The notes beneath the pieces were generated by a model. The model worked only from the letters and a program-made list of their open reading frames with translations. It was not told where the DNA came from and made no database searches. Made by a program: the position numbers and the translations under genes. Below are positions 1 through 9,853 of a stretch of 64,000 bases of DNA, piece by piece (position 1 is the first letter of the stretch; each line of letters starts with the position of its first letter). The DNA comes from Prochlorococcus sp. AG-402-C09 (GTDB lineage Bacteria > Cyanobacteriota > Cyanobacteriia > PCC-6307 > Cyanobiaceae). The stretch spans positions 5,855-69,854 of the forward strand of contig QCHN01000007.1 of NCBI GenBank assembly GCA_003279565.1, read 5' to 3'.

Positions 1-132
1 TTTGCCTTCACTTCGCCATTCAGTAATTAATCCTCCTTGTTCAGGGACAATTCTTATTGACGAATCGAATTCAGGATTTGAATATTCCCAATGAGGATAA
101 GGATGTGCCTTTTTCTCAAAACTGACGGTCAT
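1..132 (-). CDS. Galactose mutarotase / aldose 1-epimerase family protein, 5' part (runs off the window)
   Basis: Manual translation from ATG at 132: MTVSFEKKAHPYPHWEYSNPEFDSSIRIVPEQGGLITEWRSEGK. The RIVPExGG.ITxW motif is typical of cyanobacterial aldose epimerases. Confidence 0.7.
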   Translation of the reverse strand, partial: MTVSFEKKAHPYPHWEYSNPEFDSSIRIVPEQGGLITEWRSEGK

Positions 133-135
133 CGA

Positions 136-1047
136 TCAGAGCTGATTAATCCATTCCAAAAGAGCGGAATTAACCTGATCGGGCACTTCATCATGTGGAC
201 AATGCCCAGCATCTAAAACAACTTCTTTTGTATTTTCAGGAGTGTGTTTTTCATAAGTAGCCCTTTTACCAGGTGCATTCATCCAAGGATCTCTATTACC
301 CCAAAGCAATAGCAATGGTGCCTTCAGCTGGGCAAACAACTCATCAAGCGGCCTTCCCTGAGGTCCTGCGGGATCAAAAACACTTTTAAAGACGTTAAAG
401 GCACCAGCATCCAAAGATGGTTTTCGGATAGCTTCTACTAGTTCATCATCAACGTTTGATGTATTGATATAAACTTGATTTAAAGTTCTTTTAATTGTTG
501 AGGGCTGTCTAAGGTTTTCAAAGATTATTCTTTGTAATAGAGCATTTTTCAGAAAAATACCAGCAACAGTTTTTCTTGCAGTAGCCCAAAATCCTGTAGT
601 TGTTTTTTTGTCTTCACTGAAATACCCAGCAGCATTTAATAAAACCACTCCTGCCGCCTCAGGTCCCAAAGCAGCTCCACTGGCTAGCGCCGCATATCCC
701 CCAAGAGAGTTACCTACAAGTATTGTTGGTCTACCGATATTTTCTTTAACGTAAGCAACTATTTGGTCTTTCCACAGTGAACCGCCATAAGCAAGACCAC
801 CCGGTTTAGAGCTTTTACCAAAACCAAGAAGATCTAAAGCGTGAACTTCATACTGCTTTCCAAGTACTGGTAAGTTGTGCCTCCAATGCGTTGTTGAGGC
901 ACCAAAACCATGTATTAAAAGAATTGCTGGCCCTTTCTCTTCATCGATCTTGTTTTTATGATCTTCAGGAATAATGCTCAAACTGTGAACAGAGTGACCT
1001 AAGAATTTCCAATCAGAAAGATTTGTTTCTAAAACTGAGGAAACCAT
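136..1047 (-). CDS. Alpha/beta fold hydrolase
   Basis: LIHGFGAS, DLLGFG, nucleophile elbow GNSLGG, C-terminal AGHCPHDE. Confidence 0.92.
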   Translation of the reverse strand: MVSSVLETNLSDWKFLGHSVHSLSIIPEDHKNKIDEEKGPAILLIHGFGASTTHWRHNLPVLGKQYEVHALDLLGFGKSSKPGGLAYGGSLWKDQIVAYVKENIGRPTILVGNSLGGYAALASGAALGPEAAGVVLLNAAGYFSEDKKTTTGFWATARKTVAGIFLKNALLQRIIFENLRQPSTIKRTLNQVYINTSNVDDELVEAIRKPSLDAGAFNVFKSVFDPAGPQGRPLDELFAQLKAPLLLLWGNRDPWMNAPGKRATYEKHTPENTKEVVLDAGHCPHDEVPDQVNSALLEWINQL

Positions 1048-1164
1048 TTAAGAATAAACTGACACTTATAGATATTAGTAAATCATTGATAGAAAGAGAT
1101 TAGTAATTTTATTTATTTATTTCGAAATTTCCTCACCTTTTTGCAAAAGAGTTTTTAATATTCT

Positions 1165-2538
1165 CTAAACCAACCCAACTGGATCAGCGGCGATCTCATC
1201 AGGAATAGTATTACCTCCTGAAGGGGGTTTATCTTTCAGAACAACTCTAAGCAAAACAGGAGCTAAAAATGTTGTTCCAATAACCATTAACAATATTGCA
1301 GCTTCGAGGGAAGGAGTGAGCAAGCCAGCACTTGTTCCCAATCCTAGGAAAATTAAGCCGACCTCACCTCGAGGCATCATTCCCAAGCCAACTACTAATC
1401 TATTTGTTGGCTTATCAATTACAAAGCACCAACCAGCAGCAATTTTTCCAACAATTGCAACAATAAATAAGAAACCAGCGACAATTAGAGCAGATCGACT
1501 ACTTGGATCAAGAGGATTGATTACAGATAAATCCATACCCGCTCCAACAAGCACAAAGAAAATAGTTGCGAATAGCGAGACCAATGGCAAAACAGATTGT
1601 TGAATTGCGTGATTATTTTTTGAACTACTTAATATCAATCCAGCAGCAAAAGCACCCAAAGCAGCTTCTAAACCAATCGCAGTAGCAACAAAACAACTTA
1701 AGACCAAAATCACGAAAGAAGCTACAACAACCGCCCCTGGAGCTTTAAGTCTCTCAAGTAACCAATCAAAGGCTGGAGCAGCTGTTCGACTCAAAGCAAT
1801 TGCAGCAAATACAAAAACAGTTGCAGCTAATACTAATTTAACAATTGGAGCAATTTGCAAGGATCCTCCGGTAGCAAGAGCTACTACTACAGCAAGAATG
1901 ACAATTCCAAGTATGTCATCTAAAACTGCTGCACCAATAACAATTTGACCCTCACGAGTTTTTAAATAACCAAGCTCACCAAAAACACTTGCAGTAATAC
2001 CTATACTTGTCGCGGTCATAGATGCACCAGCAAATATCGCAGGAATGATATCTACTTGAAAAATAAACATTAATCCAAAAGTTCCAAAAGCAAACGGCAA
2101 AATCACACCTGCCATTGCGACTGTGAATGCTTGAGCTCCAACTGCTACAAGTTCCTCTAATTCACTTTCCAGACCAGTTAGAAATAACAATGCATATAGT
2201 CCCAAAGTTGCAACGGCTTGTAATGACGGAAAAGTTTCAAAATAAATATCCGGGACTGCTTCTTTAGGTACTGAAGCAAGTGTGCTAATAAGAGAAACAA
2301 AACCTTGATTTAACTCAGCATGAGCACTTGGCGGCAATAGAAGATGTAATCCTGAGGCACCAATTAAAACTCCAGCAAGAAGTTCACCAACAATTGTAGG
2401 CAAACTTAGTCGAACTAAAATTTCAGCCAAAGTCCGTGCCGCAACAAAGATCATTAAGAAATTAATGACCCCTATAAGTGTTTCTGCGACCTCGACATCA
2501 TGCGTATTTAGGGCTGAGACTAAAGGAGTTAATACCAT
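1165..2538 (-). CDS. Na+/H+ antiporter, CPA2 family (NhaS3-like)
   Basis: Many hydrophobic helices; ATSIGIT, GAAVLDD, GAFAAGL and GMMPRGEV motifs. Confidence 0.9.
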   Translation of the reverse strand: MVLTPLVSALNTHDVEVAETLIGVINFLMIFVAARTLAEILVRLSLPTIVGELLAGVLIGASGLHLLLPPSAHAELNQGFVSLISTLASVPKEAVPDIYFETFPSLQAVATLGLYALLFLTGLESELEELVAVGAQAFTVAMAGVILPFAFGTFGLMFIFQVDIIPAIFAGASMTATSIGITASVFGELGYLKTREGQIVIGAAVLDDILGIVILAVVVALATGGSLQIAPIVKLVLAATVFVFAAIALSRTAAPAFDWLLERLKAPGAVVVASFVILVLSCFVATAIGLEAALGAFAAGLILSSSKNNHAIQQSVLPLVSLFATIFFVLVGAGMDLSVINPLDPSSRSALIVAGFLFIVAIVGKIAAGWCFVIDKPTNRLVVGLGMMPRGEVGLIFLGLGTSAGLLTPSLEAAILLMVIGTTFLAPVLLRVVLKDKPPSGGNTIPDEIAADPVGLV

Positions 2539-2702
2539 CAGGTTTTCTAGAAAAGCCTTTTCTTTAAGACATAAATTACCTAATCACAGGGCATATTTGG
2601 GATAAGTATCAAAGGTGACTTAATTAATAAGGTGTGGATCTGAAGTTACTAACTGATTACTCAGACTTTATTGGCTAGCGTCCAAAAACATTTAATGCCC
2701 CT

Positions 2703-5222
2703 ATGAGCAGCTCCCAGTCTATAGATCTGCGTCTGCCGACCCCAGGATGCTATGCCGATCCTGTTAGGGCTGGCATGGATGCTGATGCTGTCTTCGATGG
2801 AATGACTGAGCATCTTTTTTTCACTCTCGGCAAACTCGCCACATCGGCCAGTCTAAGAGATCTCTACATGGCTTTAAGTTTTGCTGTTAGAGACAGATTG
2901 ATGAGCAGATATCTCACAAGCCAAGAAACAATCCGAGCAAGACCTCAAAAAACAGTCGCATATCTTTCTGCTGAATTCCTAATCGGACCTCAACTAAACA
3001 ATAATTTATTAAATCTAGGGATAAAAAAAGAAGCAGAAGAAGCTTTGAAAAGGTTTGGGATCGAATCTCTTAATGACATATTGGAAGTAGAGGAAGAACC
3101 TGGTCTGGGTAATGGAGGTTTAGGTAGACTTGCAGCATGTTATATGGAATCACTTGCAAGTCTTCAAGTCCCTGCAGTTGGTTATGGGATAAGGTACGAA
3201 TTTGGCATTTTTAATCAATTAATTAGAGATGGTTGGCAAGTAGAAGTTACTGACAAATGGCTCAAAGGAGGTTGGCCCTGGGAATTACCTCAACCAGACG
3301 AAGCATGTTTAGTTGGTTTTGGTGGACAAACAGAGAGTTATACCGACGACAATGGAAATTATCGCTCTAGATGGATTCCAAGCGAACATGCAATAGGTGT
3401 TCCACATGATGTTCCAGTTCTTGGTTACAGAGTTAACAGCTGCGATCGTTTGAGGTTATGGAGAGCTGATGCAACCGAAAGTTTTGATTTTTATGCTTTC
3501 AATATTGGCGATTACTACGGTGCTGTTGAAGAGAAAGTAGCCTCAGAAACTCTTTCCAAGGTGTTATATCCCAATGATGGAACTGATGAAGGAAGAAGAT
3601 TGCGATTGAAGCAACAACATTTTTTTGTAAGTTGTTCTTTGCAAGATATGCTTCGAACTTTAGAGAAGAGATCTATACCTGTTGAGGAATTCCCAGATCA
3701 TTGGACTGTTCAACTTAATGACACTCATCCAGCCATTGCTGTTGCTGAGTTGATGAGACTTTTAATCGATCAATATCGATTGGATTGGGATAAAGCCTGG
3801 GAAATAACTAATAGATCTGTTGCTTACACAAATCATACTTTGCTACCTGAGGCTCTTGAAAAATGGGATCTAAGCCTATTTAGGAACTTATTGCCCAGGC
3901 ATCTGGAACTTATATATGAAATCAACAGGAGATTTCTACAACAAGTAAGACTTAAGTATCCAGGAAATGATGCAATTTTACGAAAACTTTCAATTATTGA
4001 TGAAGAAGGTGGAAAAGCTATTCGAATGGCACATTTAGCGACAATTGGAGCACACCATGTAAATGGAGTAGCTGCCCTACATTCAGATTTAATCAAGAGA
4101 CAACTATTACCTGAATTTGCAGAGCTTTGGCCAGAAAAATTTACTAACGTTACAAATGGAGTGACCCCACGTAGGTGGGTCGCTTTAGCAAATCCTGAAC
4201 TTTCTAAACTTCTAGACAAAGAAATTGGTCCCAATTGGATTACCAATATGGATCTATTACTTGAATTAGAAAAAAAAGAAAACGACTCAAATTTTTTAGA
4301 TCTTTTTGCTTCAGCCAAGCTATCTGGCAAAAGAAAACTTGCTGGTTACATACACAGACAAACTGGAGTTCTTGTAGATCCTTCAAGTTTATTTGATGTT
4401 CAAGTTAAGAGAATTCACCAATACAAAAGACAGCATTTAAATGCTTTGCAAGTCATTGCTCAATACCTAAGGATTAAAAATGGAATAACGAAAAATATTG
4501 CTCCTCGAACGATAATTTTTGGTGGTAAGGCTGCGCCGGGTTATTTCATGGCGAAGTTAATGATTAGATTTATCAATGGTATAGCTGATGTAGTTAATGC
4601 AGATCCTGATATGGAGGGATTACTAAGGGTAGTTTTTCTCCCTGACTACAATGTCAAGCTAGGGGAGCAAGTCTATCCAGCAACTGATCTTTCTGAACAG
4701 ATTTCAACTGCTGGTAAAGAAGCTTCAGGGACTGGAAATATGAAATTTGCCATGAATGGTGCATTAACAATTGGAACCCTTGATGGAGCTAATGTCGAAA
4801 TTAGAGAAAGAGTAGGAGCGGAAAACTTCTTTTTGTTTGGAAAGACAGAGTCAGAAATCATGGAATTAAGAGATCAAGGATACCGCCCAAATCACTTTAT
4901 TTCTGAATCAAATGAACTACAAGAAACTCTTAAATTAATAGAAGTTGGGCATTTTAGTAATGGTGACAGCGAGCTATTTAGACCAATAATAAATATTTTG
5001 ACTGGGAATGATCCTTTCTTTGTTATGGCAGATTTTGATGATTACCTTCGTGCACAAGATGAGGTTAGTAAAGCATGGAAAAAGAGTCAGCAATGGAACC
5101 GCATGGCCCTATTAAATACAGCAAGATCAGGTTTTTTCTCATCAGACAGATCTATTAGAGAATATTGTCAATCTATTTGGAAAGTTAAACCATTACCTGT
5201 AGAAATAAGTTGTGAAAAATAA
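2703..5222 (+). CDS. glgP: Glycogen/alpha-glucan phosphorylase
   Basis: GLGNGGLGRLAAC, QLNDTHP, PLP site EASGTGNMKF. Confidence 0.97.
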   Translation: MSSSQSIDLRLPTPGCYADPVRAGMDADAVFDGMTEHLFFTLGKLATSASLRDLYMALSFAVRDRLMSRYLTSQETIRARPQKTVAYLSAEFLIGPQLNNNLLNLGIKKEAEEALKRFGIESLNDILEVEEEPGLGNGGLGRLAACYMESLASLQVPAVGYGIRYEFGIFNQLIRDGWQVEVTDKWLKGGWPWELPQPDEACLVGFGGQTESYTDDNGNYRSRWIPSEHAIGVPHDVPVLGYRVNSCDRLRLWRADATESFDFYAFNIGDYYGAVEEKVASETLSKVLYPNDGTDEGRRLRLKQQHFFVSCSLQDMLRTLEKRSIPVEEFPDHWTVQLNDTHPAIAVAELMRLLIDQYRLDWDKAWEITNRSVAYTNHTLLPEALEKWDLSLFRNLLPRHLELIYEINRRFLQQVRLKYPGNDAILRKLSIIDEEGGKAIRMAHLATIGAHHVNGVAALHSDLIKRQLLPEFAELWPEKFTNVTNGVTPRRWVALANPELSKLLDKEIGPNWITNMDLLLELEKKENDSNFLDLFASAKLSGKRKLAGYIHRQTGVLVDPSSLFDVQVKRIHQYKRQHLNALQVIAQYLRIKNGITKNIAPRTIIFGGKAAPGYFMAKLMIRFINGIADVVNADPDMEGLLRVVFLPDYNVKLGEQVYPATDLSEQISTAGKEASGTGNMKFAMNGALTIGTLDGANVEIRERVGAENFFLFGKTESEIMELRDQGYRPNHFISESNELQETLKLIEVGHFSNGDSELFRPIINILTGNDPFFVMADFDDYLRAQDEVSKAWKKSQQWNRMALLNTARSGFFSSDRSIREYCQSIWKVKPLPVEISCEK

Positions 5223-5226
5223 ACAT

Positions 5227-5688
5227 CTACTTATCTGGCAAGTCGGGAGTTTGATGTAATAATCTATTCAGTCTTAATCTATCAATATTTAATGGATCAG
5301 GAGCAAGTTCACCAGCAATCTCTCTAAATTTATCTTCAACTTCATTAGGAACTTTGACATCGAAAACTCTTTCCATTAAAGCTTCAATAGAATAAAGATG
5401 AGCATTAATATTCTCTAGATCTGATACTACTTGAGTAATAGATTTTTCATTCTTATCAATAGTCGCTTTTGGACAATTCTCTCCAGATTGATTGGATGAA
5501 TTTGAATTCAGTTTCTTTTGCAAATCTTCTAAAACTCGTCCACATAACGTTCTAAAAGATTGAAGAGCAGCCCAATTAATCTCTTGTTGCTTACGCAAGG
5601 TGGGAAACTCTCTAATCAAACGATCATGTTCTCGATAAAATCTGAGGCAATCTGGACATTGGCATGGTTCTTCAGGCACCTTGATCAA
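5227..5688 (-). CDS. Conserved hypothetical protein with N-terminal CxCxxC motif
   Basis: 153-aa ORF (TTG start) containing PCQCPDC; fills the gap between glgP and the next ORF. Confidence 0.7.
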   Translation of the reverse strand: MIKVPEEPCQCPDCLRFYREHDRLIREFPTLRKQQEINWAALQSFRTLCGRVLEDLQKKLNSNSSNQSGENCPKATIDKNEKSITQVVSDLENINAHLYSIEALMERVFDVKVPNEVEDKFREIAGELAPDPLNIDRLRLNRLLHQTPDLPDK

Positions 5689-5716
5689 GGCAGCTTAAAA
5701 ACCATCATTGCATTTT

Positions 5717-6055
5717 TTAGGCCGTCATAGGTGGCTCATCGTTAAACAAGTCTCCTGCAGCATCATTACTATCTGAATCAGAGCTTTCAGGCAGAGGTAT
5801 TTCAACGCTTGTAACTACTTGAATGACATCACGTAATCTCATTGAGTCAGCAAACCATCCCATTGCTTGTTCTGTATCGCCTCGTCCTTCCGCATCATTA
5901 GCTTGATCTTCATGTGCTTCGGCCAGAAGTGTTAACCAACACAAGCATCGAGCTTGGACAATGGATAAATCTAAATCACTCGGCTGTGATTTGGATATAT
6001 GCTCACTCTCTTGTTGAACAAGTAATCGCAAGCGAAGATCGTGAAGCTGGGCCAT
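5717..6055 (-). CDS. Conserved hypothetical protein
   Basis: 112-aa ATG ORF with normal protein composition, co-oriented with 5227..5688. Confidence 0.75.
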   Translation of the reverse strand: MAQLHDLRLRLLVQQESEHISKSQPSDLDLSIVQARCLCWLTLLAEAHEDQANDAEGRGDTEQAMGWFADSMRLRDVIQVVTSVEIPLPESSDSDSNDAAGDLFNDEPPMTA

Positions 6056-6155
6056 TTTGACTGATTCACTAAAACTACGCTAGCGAGAGAGTAAGGATTT
6101 TGCACACCCACCACATATAGGACTACATATTTTTAGTTTTAATTCGTTTTTTGCA

Positions 6156-6229
6156 CGGGGCTGGCGGGACTTGAACCCACGACCTACGGTTTAGGAAACC
6201 GTCGCTCTATCCAACTGAGCTACAGCCCC
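6156..6229 (-). tRNA. tRNA-Arg (anticodon CCT)
   Basis: Reverse complement GGGGCTGTAGCTCAGTTGGATAGAGCG-ACGGT-TTCCTAA-ACCGT-AGGTCGTGGGTTCAAGTCCCGCCAGCCCCG forms a full cloverleaf; no encoded CCA. Confidence 0.96.
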
Positions 6230-6261
6230 CTGAAATTAATTATGCCTTGAGGCATGATGGA

Positions 6262-6667
6262 GTGGAAAGCAGGGGAGGTGATCGCAATTGAACTTCAGCA
6301 CAAAGCTGGAGAATTCTATTGAGGAAAGTCCGGGCTCCTATTTGGCCAGGCTTGCTGGGTAATTCCCAGTGCGGGTGACCGTGAGGATAGTGCCACAGAA
6401 ATACACCGCCTAATGCTGAATGGGGAAATCCCAACAAGCGCGGCAAGGGTGCAAAGGTGCGGTAAGAGCGCACCAGCAGCATCGAGAGGTGCTGGCTAGG
6501 TAAACCCCGGCCAGGAGCAAGGCGAGGGGCACTGGATGGCCATAGACCTTGTCCCTAAGGAGAGCCGCTTGAGGCTATCGGTAACGTTAGTCCCAGATAG
6601 ATGATTACCCATTCAATTTCTAAAGAAAGAAGAATGAACAGAACCCGGCTTATGACCTGCTTTCACT
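6262..6667 (+). ncRNA. rnpB: RNase P RNA (type A)
   Basis: Universal motifs GAGGAAAGTCCGGGCT and ACAGAACCCGGCTTA; terminal P1 helix GAAAGCAGG/CCTGCTTTC. Ends approximate. Confidence 0.97.
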
Positions 6668-6742
6668 TTATTAATTTTATACAACGAAATTGAAGTCAAA
6701 AACCTATTTTTTTATACATTCAATGATGAGCTTTAAATAATT

Positions 6743-7486
6743 ATGAAAATCTCAATTCAAAGAGTAGAAGAAATAATTAATTTTATAAAAGGTCTAAATT
6801 TAGATCAGAAATATCAAAAAGAATTTACTAATGAAAAAATAAAAAATATTTTATTTATCAATGAATCACTAACTCATAGTTCAGCTAATAGTGAAATTAA
6901 TTATGAGAAACTTGAATTTCTTGGAGATGCAGTTTTAAGACTAATTGCATCAGATTTCATAAAAAATAAATATCCATATATGCAAGTTGGGGAAAGGTCT
7001 GAACTTCGATCACATCTTGTAAGTGATCAATGGCTCGAGGAAGTTGGTAAAACAATAAAGATCAATAGTGTATTAGTCATTGGGAAAAAAGCCCTTAAAG
7101 ACAAATCAGCAAATTCCACTATTCAAGCTGAGGCAACGGAGGCATTAATAGGAGCTTTGTATGAAAGTCTGACTATTTTAGATCCTATAAAAAATTGGCT
7201 TATTCCATTCTGGGATAAAAAAAGCAAAGAAGTTCTAGCTGATCCTCATAAGAAAAATTACAAATCAGCACTTCAGGAATTAACCCAAAGTGAGGGATTA
7301 TCTATACCAATATATAAAACAATTGAAATTGACAAAAAGCATAACAATCCCAAACGATTCTTTTGTACTGTTTACATCAAAAATCAATCAAAAGCTGAAG
7401 GTTGGGGGAAATCAATAAAACAAGCAGAAAAAGATGCCGCAAGCAAAGCGTTAAAACATATGGATAATAATTGTATTGATCAGTAA
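6743..7486 (+). CDS. rnc: Ribonuclease III
   Basis: EKLEFLGDAVL signature; C-terminal dsRBD NYKSALQE...GKSIKQAEKDAA. Confidence 0.95.
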   Translation: MKISIQRVEEIINFIKGLNLDQKYQKEFTNEKIKNILFINESLTHSSANSEINYEKLEFLGDAVLRLIASDFIKNKYPYMQVGERSELRSHLVSDQWLEEVGKTIKINSVLVIGKKALKDKSANSTIQAEATEALIGALYESLTILDPIKNWLIPFWDKKSKEVLADPHKKNYKSALQELTQSEGLSIPIYKTIEIDKKHNNPKRFFCTVYIKNQSKAEGWGKSIKQAEKDAASKALKHMDNNCIDQ

Positions 7487-7510
7487 TTAATTACTTAAAA
7501 ATAATATTAA

Positions 7511-7696
7511 TTAGCTTTTAATAAGATCTTTTAGAGGTAGTGTCAATAATTTATCCCAATTCCCCCCCTCAAACAGTACTGCAGCCTTATCACCACTTAT
7601 TCTTTGAACAAAGCCTTCATAGCCATTATAGATTGACTCTTGGTTATTAACAGTTACTGTTGTCCCTGGGAGAATAGGATCTTGTGAGTCAGTCAT
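7511..7696 (-). CDS. ndhS: NDH-1 subunit S
   Basis: ILPGTTVTV...IYNGYEGFVQRISGDKAAVLFEGGNWDKL. Confidence 0.93.
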   Translation of the reverse strand: MTDSQDPILPGTTVTVNNQESIYNGYEGFVQRISGDKAAVLFEGGNWDKLLTLPLKDLIKS

Positions 7697-7741
7697 AATT
7701 AAACATATTCAAATAAACTTTTAAAAAGTCTACTTATAAAA

Positions 7742-8272
7742 ATGATCGAAGAAGGTAAATGGATGTCAATAGGAGAACTTGTTGCTCCGCAAGGTTTAAG
7801 AGGAGATATTCGAATTAAACCTAGCAGCGACTTTCCTGAGAGGTTTACAAAGCCAGGAAAACGATGGATTCAAAAAGGCAACGAATTACCCACTGAAGTT
7901 AATTTAAAAAAAGGAACACTTATCCCAGGCAAATCAATCTATGTAATTACTATCGAGGGAGTATCTAATAGGAGTTCTGCAGAGGAAATTATCGGATGGA
8001 AATTGGTCATCCCAGAAGATAGTAGGCCAAGCTTGAGTAAAGATGAGTACCATTATTTTGATTTAATTGGTTTAGAAGCAAGAAAAGGTCCCAAAAAAAC
8101 TGTAATTGGTTATGTAACTGACTTAATCAAAGGAGGGAACGACCTTCTAGAGATAGAGTTGGTAGAAGGCAAAAAAGTTTTGGTACCTTTTGTTAAAGAA
8201 ATTATCCCAGAAATAGAAATCAAAGAAAAATGGCTGCTAATCGATCCACCCCCAGGCTTGCTGGAACTCTAA
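7742..8272 (+). CDS. rimM: 16S rRNA processing protein RimM
   Basis: IGELVAPQGLRG, EYHYFDLIGL, LVPFVKEI, PPPGLLEL. Confidence 0.94.
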   Translation: MIEEGKWMSIGELVAPQGLRGDIRIKPSSDFPERFTKPGKRWIQKGNELPTEVNLKKGTLIPGKSIYVITIEGVSNRSSAEEIIGWKLVIPEDSRPSLSKDEYHYFDLIGLEARKGPKKTVIGYVTDLIKGGNDLLEIELVEGKKVLVPFVKEIIPEIEIKEKWLLIDPPPGLLEL

Positions 8273-8324
8273 AAAACATTCAGATTTTTAATCAGAACTT
8301 CAAACATGCAATACTAAGTTCTTA

Positions 8325-9782
8325 ATGGAAATAACTGACAACTCAATAATTCCTGTCATTCTCAGTGGTGGATCAGGAACAAGACTTTGGCCACTTTCAA
8401 GAGAAAGTTATCCCAAGCAATTCTTAGCATTAGATTCACGCACAAAGAAAACTCTTTTGCAGAATACTTATGAAAGACTTTTGGGCTTAGAGGGACTTAA
8501 AAAACCGATATTGATATGTAATGAAGATCATAGGTTCATAGTTGCAGAACAATTTAGAGATCTAAACACAACTCCTCAAGCAATCATTCTTGAACCAGTA
8601 GGTCGCAATACTGCTCCAGCCATTGCAGTTGCTGCGCTTCAAGCAATTTCTTCAGGTAAAGATCCTTTGCTTTTAATTTTGGCAGCTGATCATTTAATAG
8701 AAAATATAGATGAGTTTAAAAGAGTGATTCAATCAGCAAAAACCTATGCAAATCAAGGAAGGCTAGTTACTTTTGGTATTATTCCCACATGTGCAGAAAC
8801 CGGTTACGGTTATATTGAAGCAAAAGAAGCACCTAATAAAGAAGGTCAAATAACGGGGTTAGAAATAAATAAATTTATAGAAAAACCTAATAAAGATATA
8901 GCAGAGAAATTAATAAAAGATTCTCGTTACACTTGGAACAGTGGTATGTTTCTTTTTAAAGCTAGTTCAATAATAAATGAATTAGAAAAATTCGCTCCAG
9001 ATATAATTAATCATTGCAAAAGAGCTATTGAGAAAGATGTAGTAGATCTTGATTTCCTAAGATTAGAGCCAAAGTCATTCAAAAAATGTCCAAAAATCTC
9101 TTTAGATGTTGCAGTGATGGAAAAAACAAACTTAGGAACGGTTCTTCCTTTAAATGTTGGATGGAATGATATAGGAAGTTGGAAATCTTTATGGGATATT
9201 AGTCAAAAAAATAATGATGGAAACTATATAAATGGTAGAGTCATAGCTGAAAAAAGTAAAAACTGTTATTTAAAAAGTGAACAGCGTCTTATAATAGGAA
9301 TAGGAATAGAAAATCTAATAGTTGTAGATACAAACGATGCTATATTAATTGCTAATAGAGATCAATCTCAAAATATTGGAAACATAGTAAAAAACCTTAG
9401 TTCATTAGATTTTCCAGAAGGTAAAAGTCACAGAAAAATTTACAGACCTTGGGGCAATTATACGACAATAGTTGAGGGGAATAGATGGCTAGTCAAGCTT
9501 ATAGAAGTTAAGCCAAATGCTTCTCTTTCTTTACAAATGCATCATCATAGAGCTGAACATTGGATTGTAGTTAATGGAACAGCCTTGATAGAAAAAAATG
9601 GAGAAAAACAACTTTTAAGTGAAAATGAGAGTACTTTTATTCCTTTAGGTTGCAAGCATAGATTAAGTAATCCAGGAAGAATGAAACTTGAGCTTATTGA
9701 AGTTCAAAGTGGTACATATTTAGATGAAGAAGATATCATCCGTTTTGAAGATTCCTATGGAAGAACAAAAAATCCTAGTTAA
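8325..9782 (+). CDS. manC: Mannose-1-phosphate guanylyltransferase / mannose-6-phosphate isomerase
   Basis: GGSGTRLWPLSR, EPVGRNTAPA, WNSGMF, cupin domain RPWG...LSLQMHHHRAEHW. Confidence 0.95.
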   Translation: MEITDNSIIPVILSGGSGTRLWPLSRESYPKQFLALDSRTKKTLLQNTYERLLGLEGLKKPILICNEDHRFIVAEQFRDLNTTPQAIILEPVGRNTAPAIAVAALQAISSGKDPLLLILAADHLIENIDEFKRVIQSAKTYANQGRLVTFGIIPTCAETGYGYIEAKEAPNKEGQITGLEINKFIEKPNKDIAEKLIKDSRYTWNSGMFLFKASSIINELEKFAPDIINHCKRAIEKDVVDLDFLRLEPKSFKKCPKISLDVAVMEKTNLGTVLPLNVGWNDIGSWKSLWDISQKNNDGNYINGRVIAEKSKNCYLKSEQRLIIGIGIENLIVVDTNDAILIANRDQSQNIGNIVKNLSSLDFPEGKSHRKIYRPWGNYTTIVEGNRWLVKLIEVKPNASLSLQMHHHRAEHWIVVNGTALIEKNGEKQLLSENESTFIPLGCKHRLSNPGRMKLELIEVQSGTYLDEEDIIRFEDSYGRTKNPS

Positions 9783-9853
9783 TAAAAAGCCATGATTTTA
9801 TTATTAAAAATTAGAGAAATTGGTTAGGGAAAATTATTTAAACTCTCGTATTT

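Noticed and set aside
6100-6229. tRNA-Arg as a possible island integration site
   Set aside because: No integrase, no duplicated tRNA 3' end seen, and the flanking genes look like core genome.
6240-6482. 80-aa minus-strand ORF
   Set aside because: Antisense shadow of rnpB, which fully explains the sequence.
7562-7568. C7 run in ndhS as a phase-variable tract
   Set aside because: Short, in frame, and encodes the conserved EGGN motif of a core gene.
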